Source: Pachysolen tannophilus NRRL Y-2460 (Eukaryota). Taken from it: DNA of 64,000 nt. Location: contig KV454011.1 in assembly GCA_001661245.1 (NCBI GenBank), positions 124,001-188,000 of the forward strand, read 5' to 3'. Under the pieces are notes generated by a model. It was not told the origin of the DNA and searched no databases. It saw only the letters and a program-made list of their open reading frames with translations. Position 1 is the stretch's first letter; every line of letters starts with the position of its first letter. Made by a program: the position numbers and the translations under genes. Shown here one piece after another: positions 22,801-34,899 of the stretch.

Positions 22801-23655
22801 ATGACTACAAAATTCACTCAACAGGAGATTTTACCTTTAAAGACCGATGTAGGTGCTTTGGGGAATAGGATTAATTTGGAAACTAGGGCCAACCATAATA
22901 AAGTAGATAAGATGATGACTTTAAAATTTGCTCTTGCGATTAGAGATAGAAAGATTTATAGACAAGGTATTCAAATGTATTATCATATTTTTAAAGCTAT
23001 TGAATTTTCATTAGATAGAGAATTTGCAAGACTGGATTCTAAATGGGCACCACTTTTAAAAGAAATATGGAAACCTGCTATTGCAAGAAAAGATCGTCTT
23101 TTCCAAGATTTATTATTTTATTATGGAGAAGATGAATCAAAATTTTCTAATCCTATTTTACAACAACAAATTGATTTTGTATCACATATTAAAAAAATTA
23201 CTGATACAAAACCATATTTATTATTAGCTTATATGCATGTTATGTATTTAGCATTATTTGCTGGTGGTAGATTATTTAGATCAAAATTAGCTCATGCAAC
23301 AGGATTATTCCCAAAAGTTCCAGGAAAGACAATGGAAGAAGTTTCATTACAAGGAACAAATTTTTTCAGATTTGAAGTTGAAGATGAAGATGCTTTAAGA
23401 ATACTGTATAAGAGAGATTATGAATTAAATACTAGAAATAATTTAACTGAAGCACAAAAATTAGAAATTATTGAAGAAGCAAAATATATTTTTGATAAAA
23501 ATGCTGATTGTGTAAAAGAAATTGAAAGTCATAACTTGAAAAGATTAAGATCAAAAGTTTCTTATAAAGTTGCTGTTTATGGTTATTATTCAATATTAAT
23601 CTTGTCGATTTTAGTTTTATGTTACTACGCTAGACGTATTATATTAAATTTTTAA
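22801..23655 (+). CDS. HMX1: Heme oxygenase
   Basis: DVGALGNRINLETRANH, LLLAYMHVMYLALFAGGR, EEAKYIF; C-terminal membrane anchor. Confidence 0.95.
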   Translation: MTTKFTQQEILPLKTDVGALGNRINLETRANHNKVDKMMTLKFALAIRDRKIYRQGIQMYYHIFKAIEFSLDREFARLDSKWAPLLKEIWKPAIARKDRLFQDLLFYYGEDESKFSNPILQQQIDFVSHIKKITDTKPYLLLAYMHVMYLALFAGGRLFRSKLAHATGLFPKVPGKTMEEVSLQGTNFFRFEVEDEDALRILYKRDYELNTRNNLTEAQKLEIIEEAKYIFDKNADCVKEIESHNLKRLRSKVSYKVAVYGYYSILILSILVLCYYARRIILNF

Positions 23656-23835
23656 GTATAGTTTTTTAAATCAAAAATTAGGTGAAATTGGTTGAAATTT
23701 GCATAACTTTTATTATATTCGAAAATAAAAAGATAAAAAGATAAAAAAAAAAAAAAAAAAAATTATGTACAAAATTAGAATTAAAAATTACAAGATAATT
23801 AATAAATTCATTAAATTAAAATTTATGATCATTTT

Positions 23836-24249
23836 CTATTTCTTTAATTTAATCTTTAAAGATCTTTGTGCCTTTCTTCTCTTTCTTAACTTGTGTTTTT
23901 TCATCTTAAGCTTTCTCTTTCTCTTAACTGAATCTAATTTCATTTCTTCAACCTTATTTGCATCTTCAATTTTCTTATTATTATTAATATTAAGTAAATT
24001 TCCTTCAAAATTGGTTATATTTTTAATTAGTGATGATGGAGAGTATAAAAATTGAAACGACTCATGTTGCTTCTGCTGCTGCCGCTGTTGCTGCTGTACT
24101 TGCAAAGACGATATTCTAAACGGCGCGTTGGGTGTTGTTCTACCAGCTGATAAAATTATACGTGATGTTGAACTCGATTCAAATGAAGTTAACGAAGAAG
24201 CAAATCGTCTCTGTGAACCTAATAACAATCTATTTCTCAATGCAAACAT
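23836..24249 (-). CDS. COX24: Mitoribosomal protein mS38 / Cox24 (Qri5)
   Basis: Basic C-terminus MKLDSVKRKRKLKMKKHKLRKRRKAQRS; presequence-like N-terminus; convergent with HMX1 as in S. cerevisiae. Confidence 0.88.
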   Translation of the reverse strand: MFALRNRLLLGSQRRFASSLTSFESSSTSRIILSAGRTTPNAPFRISSLQVQQQQRQQQKQHESFQFLYSPSSLIKNITNFEGNLLNINNNKKIEDANKVEEMKLDSVKRKRKLKMKKHKLRKRRKAQRSLKIKLKK

Positions 24250-24647
24250 TTTTTTTTTTATTTTTTATTTATTTATTTATTTATTTATTTTATTTTCTTT
24301 TTCTTTTTCTTTCTTAAATCAATCTCTTCTACTATAGATGAGAAACTTGAAACATAACAATACCTAATGTTTCCCTTTAATTAATTCTTTATTAAACTAT
24401 AACTTTGATAATAATAACTTCAAAAAGGTTTAATATCTCTCTCGTCGAAAACTTTTTCACACAGTACAATTTGTGTTGATATTTTGTGCACTACTTTTTC
24501 ATTTTTTGGAAACTTACTTTCAAAGCTAAAAAGAAAGCTAGAGTAATCAATTGCTAATTATTCAAAATTATATATCTAAGTTCTATCTATATAAAGCCTA
24601 TTTTGTTTTGAAAAGTTTTTTTCTTTTTCTTTTTCTTTTTCTTTTTT

Positions 24648-25820
24648 TTAAATAGCGTGGTAAAACAAAGTAAATTCTTTTTTAACTTTTTCCCATGTTA
24701 AAGGATCGAAGAAAATGTATACACCTCTTTCTGCCAGATTTGATTGAGGAATTGGTTCAACGTTTGAGTCTTTTGTTAACCATAATTGTAATTCTTTATG
24801 GAATCTCCAGTTTCTTGAAATTAATTCTTTGGAGGCCAATTCTTGGAACTTATGTTTTGATTTGGTATAAAAAATAAAGAAAAGAGTCTCATCAGATAAT
24901 GTTTGAAATTTTGTTTCCATATTAGTTTCTTGAACATTAATATCTTGGAAAAATTGAGGTAGTTCAAAATAAGGTTCTACCTCACTTCTTGTAATTTCAG
25001 ACCATGGACTTTCAAAAATATGTGATAATTTAATATTAGAAGACAGAAGTGAAATATCTAGTCCTAAAAAATTTAAATCAGTTCCAATTGCAGTTTTAAT
25101 ATGTTTAGAGTTGCTATCCATTTTGATTAAGCTTGAAAGACCTTTTAAACCAAATTTATCCATCTCAGGTACATTATCCTCGTCATTTTCAGTGGTCATT
25201 TCCCCAGCATCACTAACCGTCCCTGTAATTCCTTCTTTTTCTTTTTCTTCTTCTTCTTCTTTGCCTTTTAAATCCCCAAGCAGCAGGTGTTGCAGAGGTT
25301 TGAAATTAGATCCAGAACCAATCATTTGAAAGCTACTATTATTACTGCTATTATTAGTTGTGATTTGTTTACCAATATGTGGGAACGAAGGTGTATTTGA
25401 CCTTGATTGAGTTAAACCTGGAGGTAAAATATGTGGAGAATTATTCACCGAAGATGATACATTATTGACATTAACATTAGCATTAGCATTAGCATTAGTA
25501 TTAGCATTAGCATTAGTATTATTGTTCGAGTTTGAAAGTCCTAATACAGGGAACAGATCATTATTATCAAAACTACTATTGGCAGTATTGCTTGTTGCAC
25601 CATTATTATTGTTACCTATAGCCCTTCTCGCAAGGTCGAAATCAGAATTCCCCCAATTAGCTATTCAATACGTTAGTATAAAACAAACTTCAAAATAAAA
25701 CGAAAACTAATTCAAAAAAAAAACCTCCCATCACCCATCAAAAAAAAACTGAAAAACTGTAAAAAATAGTAATCATATATGAAAACTTCAAAACATACCC
25801 ATCTTAGACTCTACTGACAT
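24648..25820 (-). CDS. CDC36: CCR4-NOT subunit Not2/Cdc36; exons 25820-25799 and 25660-24648 (344 aa)
   Basis: NOT box (DKFGLKGL, DETLFFIFY, ELISRNWRFHKELQLWLTKD, GVYIFFDP). Intron 25798-25661 has GTATGT, TACTAAC (25678-25672) and TAG; the splice keeps frame. Confidence 0.92.
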
Positions 25821-26029
25821 GAACTATTTAAATCTCTTTGAATTTAGTTATCGGTTTATGTTTCCTTCTTTCTACTGTTCATTTTAAAATTTAACTATTA
25901 AAAAAATTGGCTCTTTCAAGACGACCAAAATTTTTCACTTCAAAATTTGGTTTTATAAAAACTTTTCACCATCTGATTTAGAAGTTGATAGTCAAAGTTT
26001 ATATCCACTGGGAGTTCATTCATTTGGCT

Positions 26030-26659
26030 ATGACTATGAGTGATAGAAGGTTATTACCGAATATTTTGATTACTGGTACGCCAGGGTGCGGGAAGACTGC
26101 ACATGCTCGAAATCTTGTTGATAAAATACCCGAGTTGAAACATTTTCAAATAAGTGATATAGCTAAGAGTAGAAACGCTATAGTTGGGTATGATGAGGCC
26201 CGTGATACGTCTGTTGTAGACGAAGATAAGTTATTGGATTCGATTGAGGCTGATCTTGAGGCCGGTGGGGTTGTTATTGATTGGCATTGTTGTGATATTT
26301 TTCCAGAAAGGTTAATTGATTTGGTTATAGTTTTAAGATGTGATAACGGTATATTATTCGATAGGTTAAAAGAGAGAAAGTATAAGCAGAGTAAGATTGA
26401 TGAGAATTTAGATGTTGAAATCATGGATGTTATTGCTCAAGAAGCTAAGGAGAGTTATGTTCCTGAAATTGTTATCGAATTACAAAGTGAGCAGATTGAA
26501 AATATGAATGAAAATGTAGAAAGAATAGTTACATGGTTTGAAAATTGGAAAAAAGACCACAAGGATGGAGTCTCTAATTTATTAGGTAATAATGAAAGCG
26601 AAATCGAAACTGAAACTGAAAGTGAAAATGATGAAAGCGAAAATGATGAAAGTACATAA
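26030..26659 (+). CDS. FAP7: Adenylate kinase 6 / Fap7
   Basis: PNILITGTPGCGKT, IDWHCCDIFPERLIDLVIVLR, KIDENLDVEIM; divergent from CDC36 as in S. cerevisiae. Confidence 0.96.
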   Translation: MTMSDRRLLPNILITGTPGCGKTAHARNLVDKIPELKHFQISDIAKSRNAIVGYDEARDTSVVDEDKLLDSIEADLEAGGVVIDWHCCDIFPERLIDLVIVLRCDNGILFDRLKERKYKQSKIDENLDVEIMDVIAQEAKESYVPEIVIELQSEQIENMNENVERIVTWFENWKKDHKDGVSNLLGNNESEIETETESENDESENDEST

Positions 26660-26680
26660 TAAGTATATAAAATTATTCCA

Positions 26681-27280
26681 TTAATTTGATAATAAATAAT
26701 CCCTAAGCTTATCCAAGGCTTTAAATCTATGGCTGATTTTATTCTTAACTTCTTTATCCATTTCCGCATAAGTTTCCTTATAACCTATCGGCTCAAAGAC
26801 AGCATCCCACCCAAATCCAGTGTGACCTCTAGGAGGAACTATATTACCTTTAGTCTTACCTTGAAATAACAAGACAGGTTCCCCTGGACCCGCACAATAA
26901 CCAAACGTACATATAGCATGAGCAGATTTATCCTCATAACAATAAAGTAAATTGTTCAAACCTTGTAATCCAACACCATTGACAAACCATTTAATATAAG
27001 GACCAGGTAAATCATTAAACAGAGTGAAAGCTAAACTGGTATCTTCCACCAAGACAGGACCACCAAGAATCTCAGCAGCTTTCTTGGCCTTACATATAGT
27101 AACCTCATCAATTGTTCCTTGAACTTCTTCTAAATCCACTGAAATATTAGAAATTTCATAATTTCCAACCTTATATAACCCATCAGATGGAGGTACAACC
27201 CCATTGGATAAGATAGCAACCACTTCTTTCAACTTATTGGAGTTCCCAGTAACAAAAGTTAACTTCTTTAAATCAGACAT
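26681..27280 (-). CDS. HAM1: Inosine triphosphate pyrophosphatase
   Basis: [49 protein letters not shown]. Confidence 0.97.
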   Translation of the reverse strand: MSDLKKLTFVTGNSNKLKEVVAILSNGVVPPSDGLYKVGNYEISNISVDLEEVQGTIDEVTICKAKKAAEILGGPVLVEDTSLAFTLFNDLPGPYIKWFVNGVGLQGLNNLLYCYEDKSAHAICTFGYCAGPGEPVLLFQGKTKGNIVPPRGHTGFGWDAVFEPIGYKETYAEMDKEVKNKISHRFKALDKLRDYLLSN

Positions 27281-28011
27281 GACTTCTAGCTCTATTCAGT
27301 TATTGCTGATCACTTCAAATTCTATTCACAATCCCGGTATTAATGCTTTATGTCTCATTAAATAATAATGGTAGTGCGTTTGCAGAACCTAGTTTCCACA
27401 CAACGGTATAAAAAATTTTCAACACTTTCAGTTCTTTTCTTTATACTTTCTTTCTTTTTTTTTCCTTTTCTTCAATACATATTTTCACTTCCGGTATTAC
27501 CAGCTTTACAAGTTTATTGCCTCTATCTTGACTCAAGCACAAATGGCTGGAAGGATAATAAAAATTACTTTAATGTCCCATGTTAAATCTGTTTTCTGGC
27601 AAGAAGAAGATTCGTTTGCAAAAAAGTGTCTTTCTTTTTAATCTTGATTACAGTTCGCTTGTGGGTTACAAAAAAAAAAATACAAAAAATAACTGATATG
27701 AATCTTAAGAATCTATTTCTTTTTTTAGCTATTGACTATTTGCTATTTGCTCCACCTTCTAGACATCCTATCTATATATCTAAACTTTTCAAACTTTTCA
27801 TCTCGTTATTGTTGAAACCATCAATTTTTGTATGGTTAAATTGAGAGGTCGTGTATATGCGACTGAAATGGTTCTAGTAGTAAAAATTAAAAAGAGAAAA
27901 ATTTTTCCCTTAGGGTAAATCCATCTATCTCTAGGGTAGTTATCATAATTATTGGTCTATAGTTTTCTAGTAGGTGGTGATTGGTGATATAATCTAGTAG
28001 TTGTGTTGAAA

Positions 28012-28419
28012 ATGTCTCCTCTGGAATCGGTTTTAAAGAAATCTATTAGTTCGAAGTATACAAATCCATTAGCACCGAAAGAACTTACTCAAGGTTCTAG
28101 AACGAATGGTAAAGATTTTAAAATTTCAAAAGATGCTTTTAGAGTTAAAAGTATTGGAGTTAAATCTCCATATGCTAAAAGAGAAGAGAAAAGACTTCTG
28201 GATAAAGCTGTGAGAGATAAATTAAAAGAATTGAAAGAAGAAAAGAAAAATGAGACAAAAACTAGGATTGAAAATTTGAAGAAACGTAGAGAAATAAAAG
28301 AAGAAAAAGAAAGATATGAGAAATTGGCTCTGAAAATGCACGCAAAGAAAATTGAAAGAATGAAAAGAAAAGAGAAAAGAAATAAAATGTTGAAAGAGAG
28401 AAAATCTGGTAATAAATAA
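28012..28419 (+). CDS. CGR1: rRNA-processing protein Cgr1
   Basis: GSRTNGKDFK, EKERYEKLA(CTG)KMHAKKIERMKRKEKRNKMLKER. Confidence 0.95.
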   Translation: MSPLESVLKKSISSKYTNPLAPKELTQGSRTNGKDFKISKDAFRVKSIGVKSPYAKREEKRLLDKAVRDKLKELKEEKKNETKTRIENLKKRREIKEEKERYEKLALKMHAKKIERMKRKEKRNKMLKERKSGNK

Positions 28420-29722
28420 ATTCAAAATAATGGGTTTGAATAAAAAAAAAAATTTTTTCTCTTTATTTTTTAGTACTTTGTTATTTGGTTTGTTTTGTGA
28501 ATTAAGGCTAAGGCGAAGGCGTATATTGGTTTGTCTGTTTTATTGTTTTTTTTTTCTTTTTCTTTTTTTTTTTTTTTGGCTTTTCATATCAATCTGTTCA
28601 ATCAACGCAATATAAGTAGTTTCTGATCAAACATTTCAAATGTGTTTTGATCGATTGTCGATTGATATCTTTTTCTTTTCTTTTTGTTGCATCTTCCGAG
28701 GCTTATACATAGAACTTCATTAATGGATAATCATTGTCATATCAGTAGAAATAAATAAGTAGTTGTGATTTGTATTCTTTCACCTTTTTGATATTCTGTG
28801 CATAGAGATGTTATGCGAAATGGAGATGATGAAAAATATTTCCTCTTTAGGAAATATGTTCTTTACCCCAGATCAACCTCAAGAAGTCATATATATATTG
28901 TTTCTCTCCTGGATTATTCTCATCAGGATGTTGCTGTTTATGATTCTGGAAAGTATCATTGTCCAATTTTTCGGAAATAAGTGGTTTTAGTTATAGAGTC
29001 GTAGCTCAATTAATCAGAAGACGCAATGAATTTCAATGGGGAAAAAATATGTTCAAAGTTGGATTATCCTACCCACTTTCCCACCTTCTCATGAGTTATA
29101 AAGTAGTTTCTAACTTACTATATTTAACAGTATTTACTTCTCATGAACAAGTCTTCAATAAACTTAATTAATCTTTTTTCAAGTTTGATCATTTCAGTGT
29201 TTTTTTGTGAACAATGCAGTTATCGCATAGATTGAATTCACAAAGTGAATTCATTAGGTAAGATCAAGAGTTGATATCCTTTATTGATTTTATCATCATC
29301 TTACTTGAAATATAAGCAGAATTATGTAAACCTTTACACTTCTATTAAAGTGGAAACCCCATTAATTATTGTTCAGTAACAGGTCAAAGAGAAATTCCCG
29401 TTACTAGTTTTATCACCAACTGAAAAAGCCACAGCTAAATATTTATTTTCAATTGATGGTTAGAGAATTAGCAAATTGAATATCACAATTAATATTTACT
29501 TTAGAGTAGTATAGCGTCTTTGCGACTTTGATAATGGATAATAATCAATGAATAGTGAGATATTATGAACTTTATTTTGTTTTTATCCGGTCAAAAACCA
29601 GATTTGATTATTATACAATTTATTTAAATTGATGGATAGATACTCTCCAACTAACTACAAGCATATCCAAATAGGTTTTGAAATTAATATTTGATTAATA
29701 ACTAAATATACGTATGTTTATT

Positions 29723-31306
29723 TTAATTTAACTCTTTTTCTTGAGTAGCTGAATCAACAGCAGCTGTATCAACAGTAGCGGATTCAATAACTTTAACTTT
29801 TTCGATTTGAACAATATCTTGGATAGTTTCATCACTATCAGCTAAATCTTTCTCTATCTCGGTATGATTAGTGATATCTCTAAAGATTAAAGGTGCAGCA
29901 ATTAATAAACTTGCACCTAATAAAGCCCATGAACTTGCAAATATGTTTATATATGGTTTTTCCATAGCATCAATTCTCCAAATTATAGCAGCACCTGCTG
30001 ATTGAATACCTTTATAAAATCCGTTATAAACTGTTAATTTTCTGGCATTGTTGGATAAACTTCCCATGACCCAATATAAGTACGATTGCCACACTGCATC
30101 GAAAGCACCGTACAACATGAATAAGAAACATGGCCCTCCATAACTCTTATCGGTAAAGTCAATAATCATATCCAGCGCCGTGGCTCTGGTGAATTTTAAC
30201 TGGAAAGCTAAACCACCTCCCCAAATTACAAACGTTAAAACTGTTATTATACACCATCCAATCTTTGCTCTTGTCTTTCTTTGCAATTTGGAATAATCTA
30301 ATATAAGTGTTATGAACATTGATCCAAACATTTGCATAAACCAGTATAATAATGAATTTAATGACCTTGTTCTAACATTAAATCTTCCTGCATTGAAATC
30401 ACTTTGTTGATATGTATTGTACCAATTTGATGCAAAAAACATTGGGAACAACATGATAATTTTTGGCTCAGTTCTCAACACCTTATATAATTCATAAAAT
30501 TCAGTCTTTATTGAAGGGTTCTTTTGATAAATAACTCTTGTTCCGTCAGCTTTCCATACTTTACCAATCGGAAGCAAACACAGACCTAAACATGATCCAA
30601 AAATCATTAATACCAAGAACGCAATATAAGTACCGTCGTTGACAGAACTTCCTTTGTTATTAATATTATCTGCCAAGGGAATAATTGATCCAATAACTGC
30701 ACCCAAGTTGAAAATAACCCAAAATGTCATTATACCTCTACCTTTGGCATTTTCTGCAGGGTAGGACATAATAATCTGAGCTTGAGCAGACCATAACATA
30801 GCAGCACAAACACCCAATATAGCACCAGCAAATATAACAAATCCTTGATTTGCAGTATGGTAATAGCACAAAAGACTTGCAGAATAAAGTGCATAACCTA
30901 AACCACCAAAGGCCAAACATGCTCTAGCACCAATTGTATTACATATAACACCTGAAAAAAACCCAAATGTTGCAAAAGTTGAATACAACGCAACATTAGC
31001 ATTATCAGCCAAAGACACATCCGACAAACCTGCACCACCAATACCTGATAACGCATTGTACATACCTGGAGTTAAGAAACATACAAAACTCACCATAAGA
31101 ATTTGTGATATTGCATCAGAGTATCGTGGTAAAATACCAGGTAATAGACTCTTGTCGTACCATTTATTGGTATATTCTGGCTCAATACCACCATGTAAAA
31201 CTTGCTCATCAACATAAGTAGTAACTTCATTGTCCTTTATCAAAACATCATGTTGCTTATCTGTAGACTCCACAGCTGGAGCCCGATCACTATCTTCGCT
31301 TGCCAT
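29723..31306 (-). CDS. NGT1: UNC-93-like MFS N-acetylglucosamine transporter
   Basis: QILMVSFVCFLTPGMYNALSGIGGAG, MSYPAENAKGR, FWVIFNLGAVIG, FNVRTRSLN, GFYKGIQSAGAA; adjacent to NAG1/DAC1. Confidence 0.88.
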   Translation of the reverse strand: MASEDSDRAPAVESTDKQHDVLIKDNEVTTYVDEQVLHGGIEPEYTNKWYDKSLLPGILPRYSDAISQILMVSFVCFLTPGMYNALSGIGGAGLSDVSLADNANVALYSTFATFGFFSGVICNTIGARACLAFGGLGYALYSASLLCYYHTANQGFVIFAGAILGVCAAMLWSAQAQIIMSYPAENAKGRGIMTFWVIFNLGAVIGSIIPLADNINNKGSSVNDGTYIAFLVLMIFGSCLGLCLLPIGKVWKADGTRVIYQKNPSIKTEFYELYKVLRTEPKIIMLFPMFFASNWYNTYQQSDFNAGRFNVRTRSLNSLLYWFMQMFGSMFITLILDYSKLQRKTRAKIGWCIITVLTFVIWGGGLAFQLKFTRATALDMIIDFTDKSYGGPCFLFMLYGAFDAVWQSYLYWVMGSLSNNARKLTVYNGFYKGIQSAGAAIIWRIDAMEKPYINIFASSWALLGASLLIAAPLIFRDITNHTEIEKDLADSDETIQDIVQIEKVKVIESATVDTAAVDSATQEKELN

Positions 31307-32385
31307 TTTTCCTCTACTTCTTTGCTTTCCTTTCTTTCCTTCAAGAAACACTAACCATAAACCAGAAAATCCAAAACAATTTTAAACCCGGATTTACCCC
31401 TATTTATACTAAGCAACATCTAATCAACTTTACCGCGAGTCCAACTAAAAAACTCAACATTTGCATTGAAAAACGGAATTTTATGACCGCACAGAGATAA
31501 TAAAAAGACTATGCGTACGGCTCAAAGATTGGCAGTTATCGCTATTTTGGAAAATGTAACCTTTGATAACTATAATGCAACACTAAACAGTAACGCTTGA
31601 TCTAGGTGGTCTTCGACTAACTATTAGGTACAATTGATGCTTTACATATCTATCGCCTTTTCTGACTAAGTCATAAAGATCTCCAGATTATATTCATTGT
31701 GTTAGTCTTTAATAGCGATTTTTCAGAAGCCCTGAGAAGATTGGTACTAAAGATTGTTCGCTATTGTTTTACTTTGCAGATACTGACTGTTACAAGTCTT
31801 TTTTCGTACCATCCTCAGACTAATCTATACATCCTCAGCTCCTTAATGGAAAGAAAGATTATGTTACAGCTGTTAATGGGATATTTGATTACACTGTGAA
31901 ATTTTTTTTTTACAAGCTTTTGTCTCCTTATTATTGCACTTTTTCAAAATCTTTATTTCTGTTGGTCAAACCACCTATTTTCTGGTTGTTGACGGAGAGG
32001 CACTATTTAGAGTTGAATCTTAAACGATTGGTTAGCATACAAATATGGCCTTATAGGAGAAAAGTAATTAGATATGATTAATTGTAGATAAGTGTACAGT
32101 AAAATAAATAAAGCTATGTATATTATTTTATTCCGATAACTTATCTTCCTAAAAGTTGGGCGGTGTTACATTTTTTGTCCCCGATGTAACATTGACTTTA
32201 AAGGTACTAAACAAATAATACTGATGGTCGCAATACTATTTTTTTTTTTTTAATGCTCATATCACAATAATTATTCTTGTTGTTATTCTCTTTTCCTTCT
32301 TATAATATCTTTCATTTCTATAAGGTGATTTATCTCTGAACTTGCTAGATAATTTTGTTGTTTTTGTTTAGCAGAAGATTGCATT

Positions 32386-33171
32386 ATGAAATTACAAATT
32401 TATGAAAATAAAGAGGTTGCTTCAAAGCAAGTTGCTTTATACGTTGTTTCCAAGATAAATGAATTCGGGCCAACTCCTTCAAGACCTTTTGTAATGGGGT
32501 TACCTACTGGTTCATCTCCGGAAGGTATTTATCAAAATTTGATTGAATTGTACAATGCTAAAAAAGTGAGCTTTGAAAATGTTGTTACCTTCAATATGGA
32601 CGAATATCTTGGGTTACCTCCATCGGATCCTCAATCATATCACTATTTCATGTACTCGAAATTTTTCAATCATATCAATATAAAGCCAGAAAATGTTAAT
32701 ATTTTGAATGGGTTGACCGATGATGTGGAACTGGAATGTAGCAATTATGAAGCCAAGATCAAGAGTTATGGAGAAATTCAATTATTCTTGGGGGGTTTAG
32801 GTCCTGAAGGTCATATTGCATTTAATGAAAGAGGTTCTTCAAGAGATTCAAAGACTAGAAAAGTACAGCTAGTCGAGTCCACGATAATAGCAAATTCTCG
32901 TTTTTGGAATAACGATACATCGAAAGTTCCAAAATATGCTCTTAGTGTTGGTATATCAACAGTATTAGATAACTCAAAAGAAGTTATAATTGTTGTCTTT
33001 GGGTCAAATAAACATAATGCTTTGAAAGAAACTATTGAAGGAGAAATTACTTCAAGATATCCATGTACTTATTTACAGGAACACAAAAATTGCATTGTTG
33101 TTACAGATTATAGTGCGGTAAATGAAGATGGAAACTTGATTAAAAAAGCTGAAAAGAATAATTTATTATAA
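32386..33171 (+). CDS. NAG1: Glucosamine-6-phosphate deaminase
   Basis: FVMGLPTGSSP, VVTFNMDEY, QSYHYFM, LFLGGLGPEGHIAFNE, ANSRF, VPKYALSVGI. Confidence 0.97.
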   Translation: MKLQIYENKEVASKQVALYVVSKINEFGPTPSRPFVMGLPTGSSPEGIYQNLIELYNAKKVSFENVVTFNMDEYLGLPPSDPQSYHYFMYSKFFNHINIKPENVNILNGLTDDVELECSNYEAKIKSYGEIQLFLGGLGPEGHIAFNERGSSRDSKTRKVQLVESTIIANSRFWNNDTSKVPKYALSVGISTVLDNSKEVIIVVFGSNKHNALKETIEGEITSRYPCTYLQEHKNCIVVTDYSAVNEDGNLIKKAEKNNLL

Positions 33172-33179
33172 TTTAAATA

Positions 33180-34415
33180 TTACGAAAATGTATAACTATC
33201 GGAATTGTCACTAATTTTTTTCCCCAACTTGTAGACTTGTTTGACAAACCCATCTTTATCTAAAATAGTCAAATCAGCATCACATCCAAGGTTTAAAAAA
33301 CCTTTCTTATCTTGAACAGATGTAGCCACTGCCGGATGATTCGTCACAAACTGAACTGCTTCCAGAAGATCTAGTTGACACCACTGCATAATATTTCTCA
33401 AACATTGCAGTAAGGTGGTTGCTGAGCCGGCAATTGTCTCGGTTCCTTTTAAGAAAAGATGATTACCTTCTTTAACTATATATTGATTATTGCTTCCCCA
33501 AAGGTAAGACCCATTTTCCAGCCCAATTAAATACATGGCATCTGTAACCAATATAAGTTTCTCAGAGCATATCTTGTAAGCTGATCTAACTGTAGCAGGG
33601 TGAACATGTACACCATCTGCAATTAGCCCAAAGTACGGAAGCTTGTTCTCCCTAGCTAGTTCAGGCGATGAGATTAACCCAATGATACCAGGTTTCCTTT
33701 GGTGAACTTGTGTCATTGCATTGTAAAGATGTGTAAGCATTGTAGCGCCTTGCCTAACTGCTTTTAACCCTGTCTCGTAATCTGCATTTGTATGTCCAAT
33801 TGCGAAAACTATCTTATGGTCTTTAACTATATTTGAAATAGCAGAGGATACACCTCCAATCTCCGGTGCAGCAGTTATTATCCTGATATTTTTTGATAAA
33901 CCATCAGCATTATATAGCTTAGCCAAATCTTTCATCTCATTTCTAGCCTCTGTCAAAGCACCAATAGGATGGCACCCTTTCTTGGCGGTAGAAATAAATG
34001 GTCCTTCACAATGTACTCCAAGAGAATCCGTCATGTCGCAATTTCTGCTTGGTTTCAAGATAGGTAAAGCCACCTTATAAGTATCACTATAGCTGGACGG
34101 CAAAGTTGGACAAATACTTGTCACTCCAGTTTGAATTAAACTTTTCATTGCCAAATGATAGTTTTCCAAGTAAATTTCTGGTGGGTCTTTAGAACAAAAA
34201 TCAAACCCAAAACATCCATTGATCTGAATATCTATAAAGCCTGGTGCAACTATTAGCCCCTCCAAATCAATTACTTCATCAATCACCGATTCATCATTTG
34301 GCTTTTGTATAATAACACCATTAGTTTGATCAACATACAAATCTTCACCAGGATATAGTCTACCCTTATCACATAGAATACAATTGGTAAATTTAACAAT
34401 AACAATCTTCAACAT
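33180..34415 (-). CDS. DAC1: N-acetylglucosamine-6-phosphate deacetylase
   Basis: APGFIDIQINGCFGFDF, GVHCEGPFI, KKGCHP, ITAAPE, THLYNAM, IADGVHVHP, LVTDAM, IAGS. Confidence 0.96.
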   Translation of the reverse strand: MLKIVIVKFTNCILCDKGRLYPGEDLYVDQTNGVIIQKPNDESVIDEVIDLEGLIVAPGFIDIQINGCFGFDFCSKDPPEIYLENYHLAMKSLIQTGVTSICPTLPSSYSDTYKVALPILKPSRNCDMTDSLGVHCEGPFISTAKKGCHPIGALTEARNEMKDLAKLYNADGLSKNIRIITAAPEIGGVSSAISNIVKDHKIVFAIGHTNADYETGLKAVRQGATMLTHLYNAMTQVHQRKPGIIGLISSPELARENKLPYFGLIADGVHVHPATVRSAYKICSEKLILVTDAMYLIGLENGSYLWGSNNQYIVKEGNHLFLKGTETIAGSATTLLQCLRNIMQWCQLDLLEAVQFVTNHPAVATSVQDKKGFLNLGCDADLTILDKDGFVKQVYKLGKKISDNSDSYTFS

Positions 34416-34899
34416 TCTCCGTTTACAGCAAAATTAAAACTGCTAAACAATACTTTAAATTTTATCAGACATCCCCATATATTTATATAAGGATGGCCCA
34501 CACAATTCCATTTCCATTTGGGTCAGACAATCTCGTGCTCTCACATATCATGATAAAATATTACCTGTGCTTTTGAAATGTGATGAATGCTGCAACGTGA
34601 ATTCACCCCAGTAAAGATCAATACAAGATAAAACTAATCAAGACTGATCTATGCCATCAAGAGAAATGAATAATACCTCTCTACCAATAATACCGCTTCT
34701 TCCTTCGGTATTATTGGGGTATTAATGGTATTATTGGCCGACTGATAAGGAACCTCAAAAAATTGGTTGGTAGTGTATGATTATCTTTAGCCTATTTACC
34801 TGATAACTAAATGATGTAGATTGTTATTTGGAGCAATTTGATTAAAGCTAACTATCTATTCAGATTGTGGATAGTTAGAATAATAGCAGCTGAGTTATC

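Noticed and set aside
27490..27675. Possible snoRNA/snRNA between HAM1 and CGR1
   Set aside because: No convincing C/D boxes, H/ACA fold, Sm site or U5 loop could be shown by eye; an Infernal/Rfam scan would be needed.
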